DNA of 64,000 bases from Macrostomum lignano. Lineage: Eukaryota. This document shows positions 61,501 to 64,000 of this stretch, in pieces. Each line of letters begins with the position of its first letter. Position 1 is the stretch's first letter. The notes under the pieces were generated by a model. That model was not told the DNA's origin and searched no databases. It saw only the letters and a list, made by a program, of their open reading frames with translations. The translations under genes were made by a program, and so were the position numbers. The stretch spans positions 23,032-87,031 of the forward strand of contig NIVC01002476.1 of the NCBI GenBank assembly GCA_002269645.1. Reading direction: 5' to 3'.

Positions 61501-62695
61501 CCAGTAGGACCGACCCGCAAACTGGTATGGCGGCTCCGGTAGCAGTAATTAAACGAACGTTTGTATCTTGAACGAGTACGTTAACGAGGTGAGGTGGAAC
61601 AATGGAAACCGAAGCTCCGGTATCCACAAGAAACTTGCTGTATGTATTGTTGATTTTAACATCTAACTCCAAACAGGTGGTCGATGGTATCTTGGCACTG
61701 CGCACCGCGACCTCGGTCGCAGTGCGACTTAGCTTTTTGGCTGTCGAGAAGGTGATGGTGAACGCGACTGAGATGGCGTTTTTTCATTAGGATGCGGCAC
61801 TCGGATCGGAAGCGAGCTGTCCTTGGGAAACTGGCACCAGGGGCGACACGACTATGGCGGCCATAGTAGAGGTGTGAGCGGCAAACGACGGGGCGTTGGC
61901 CAGGCTTAAATGGGTCTGTTCCAGTGGGCTTACCAGGTGCATGTCGTTGTGGAGCTTGCTCAGAACGCTGTTAGGGTGTCCGGTCTGCACCGGTCTGCTG
62001 AATTGGGCAAACCGTCGCTGGTGATGGAGAGCTAAGGCCTCTAACGATCAACATTGAGTCAGCAATCTCGGAAATTTGCTGGGATGACTGCTGTTGGAAT
62101 CCCAAAAGTGCGATACGAAGGTCCTGGGGTAGACAGCGCATCAGCGTGGCGTTGAGGAGTTCCTCGTCGGGCTGTATCCGGCACTGCTCCATCTTGCTCC
62201 GGAGCTTGCGCATGAAAATTGATGGCTTGTCTCCTCCGAGGTCCGAGACTTGCAATACTTCCGAAACCTTCTCCTGCTGGGACTTCTGCTGAGTTGATGT
62301 TATCGTTGTCTTCAATTGTTCGTACTGTTTTGGGAGTCTGAGCGGACAAATGCAGGGCCGCGATATCTTCCGGTAGATGAGAAACTAGGTGGTAAAATTT
62401 GGCGGTCTCGTTGGTCACCCTGTTGAGCATAAATTGGGCCTCCAGCGTGAGGAACCATGCTTCCGGGTTGTTGCGATAGAAGATTGGCAGCTTCAGGTGG
62501 GCCAGGGAGACTATAGCGGTGTCGGCGGCGTTTCCTAATGCAGGTGTAACCACTGGTGCGGCCGAACTTGGTGCGGCTTGCGTGGTTGTAGGTGTGTAGG
62601 AGCGGAACTGTTGCTGGCACTGTCCGTCATTGGATTCGTCTTATGTGAGTACTGAGTATGCGGGTAATATCTTTCGCCGCCTCACCAGACCAATT

Positions 62696-62871
62696 TGTAG
62701 TAAAACTATAAGAAAACTTAAGAGTTGAATTGCAAATATATTTTATGAGTTAACGATGTAAGGATTGGGGCGAGAAACTTAACTGCGAGAAAGAACTGTA
62801 AAAAGAAAATTAGTCTGGCAAATTATGACAACTGAGTCGCAAATAAAAAGTATAACAAAATACCCATAGTA
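62696..62871 (-). repeat. 5' LTR of the Gypsy element
   Basis: Direct repeat of 58324-58500, adjacent to the PBS-like motif. Confidence 0.9.
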
Positions 62872-63935
62872 GGTAGACATGACCGCTGTGGTTTTCGACT
62901 CTGAGAGTCTGAGACCAAGTCTGAGACCAGACACTCTCTGGACAGGTGCAATTTCTGAGCAAGGTGAGTGTGGGTAGCCCTGGACTCTAAGCTCTCTGCC
63001 AAAGGCCTCGAAGAGGACATTTGTCGAAGGCCCCCTGAATGTTCAGGAAAAGCAATCAGTTCAAGACTTGATAGACGACACAGGCTAAACAGTCGAGATG
63101 TAAGTGTTTGGTATTTAAATTAAGCCGTATGTAATAATAATCGGAATTGATTCTTCAGATGGGATCCTGGGGCATTTTTCTTGACGCAATAATAATTTGG
63201 CGGTACCAGTAAATATAACCAAGAGAAGTAACACAACAGCTAATTGACTCCTATAGTAACTAGTAGCGAGTAACTTCTAGTGTTCTTTGTGCGGACCTGG
63301 AGGAAATGGATGAAGCAACAAGTTAGTGAAACACATCTACCGATGAAAATACCTCGTATTGGCTATCTCATGAAATGCCTGCATCGTTAAGGACAAAACA
63401 GAGCTAGACTAGCTAGAGCAACGCGTAACTCAATACGCGCAGCCTCATCAAGGATGCGGTGGATCAGCTGATAGTGAGAGCTAGCAAAAACAATTAGATA
63501 GCTAAGTGAGTCGAAATTTAGTCATGTTAAAAATAATTTTTACAATTTTATCTGCAGAAACAGTTTTACATGCCCAGCTGAAAGAACTCACTCAGCTACA
63601 AAATTATAGTTGATTTTTTCAACTCGTGAATTTTACATGTATTTAGGTAAAGCACTCTTTGAGAATCAAAAAAATGTTTGTTGTCATTTGTATGCATAGA
63701 TAATCAATTCAAGAATTCCATTCGACAAATTGAATGCTCTGGTAGATTAATGTTTGAATTAAGATAAAATTTTTCACAGAAAGGAATGTCAGTTTTTGTT
63801 TAAATTAAAATTCCATTGTAGCTACTGAAATTCAATAAAAACGACTTTAAAAAGCAAGAACCATTTTAATATTATGTGAGAAAAAACATTTTACCGGCTA
63901 TAATTAATTTTCTTGATTAAACAGACAAACAAGCG

Positions 63936-64000
63936 ATGCAGATGTCCTTAGCCACAAGCACTGCTGTCTTGCTGATAAGCGCTGCCATTTTGGCCAACTT
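63936..64000 (+). CDS. Possible start of a secreted-protein gene continuing beyond the window (MQMSLATSTAVLLISAAILAN...)
   Basis: ATG shortly after an acceptor-like TTTCTTGATTAAACAG; open hydrophobic stretch to the window end. Only 21 codons are visible. Confidence 0.35.
   Translation, partial: MQMSLATSTAVLLISAAILAN

Larger units (their letters stand above)
58324..62871 (-). mobile_element. Full-length but decayed Ty3/Gypsy LTR retrotransposon (gag-PR-RT-RNaseH-INT), probably CsRn1/Kabuki-like
   Basis: LTRs 58324-58500 and 62696-62871; TSD GGTAG (58319-58323, 62872-62876); PPT GAGGGGGGAG beside the 3' LTR; PBS-like TGGTGAGGCG. Motifs: gag LKLPIFY..PEAWF, protease FLVDTGASVS, RT MPFGLRNA (YIDD mutated to YIVD), RNase H TDHKPL, integrase HHCC plus TDRGRQFES/YHPQTNG. 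Many frameshifts. Confidence 0.95.
57950..63050 (-). pseudogene. Decayed LINE RT fragment (R1/LOA-like) split by the Gypsy insertion (pieces about 63050-62872 and 58323-57950)
   Basis: Removing the Gypsy element and one TSD restores in-frame GLRLSESKTTAVMSTNKLDY, followed by frameshifted CLDLT/LDHRFN..HI motifs resembling KYLGxTLDxRLxWxxHI. Confidence 0.5.

Overview
Eukaryotic (animal) genomic DNA, not prokaryotic. It has spliced genes with GT-AG introns, GC-rich exons with poly-Q/A tracts, and a very high density of (GATA)n microsatellites and locus-specific minisatellites. This style suggests a free-living flatworm such as Macrostomum (inference only). Genes reconstructed by hand with consistent exon phases: 3' end of a sushi/CCP-domain membrane protein (+), a short DUF21-CBS (CNNM/Mam3-type) transporter (+, 6 exons), a PLEKHD1-like PH/coiled-coil gene (+, 9 exons), an intronless ~20-LRR type I membrane protein (+), an M6PR/ATG27-like receptor (-, 3 exons), TTC8/BBS8 (+, 6 exons) and a secreted prohormone carrying 16 copies of KR-flanked APFW (-). 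Mobile DNA: a decayed Ty3/Gypsy element with both LTRs and a TSD, two LINE RT fragments, a tRNA-derived SINE, two MITE-like elements and a 2.2-kb TG...CA element with a TSD. Most long ORFs in the supplied track are artefacts of tandem repeats. The standout is the APFW prohormone, whose 18-bp repeat varies only at synonymous positions.
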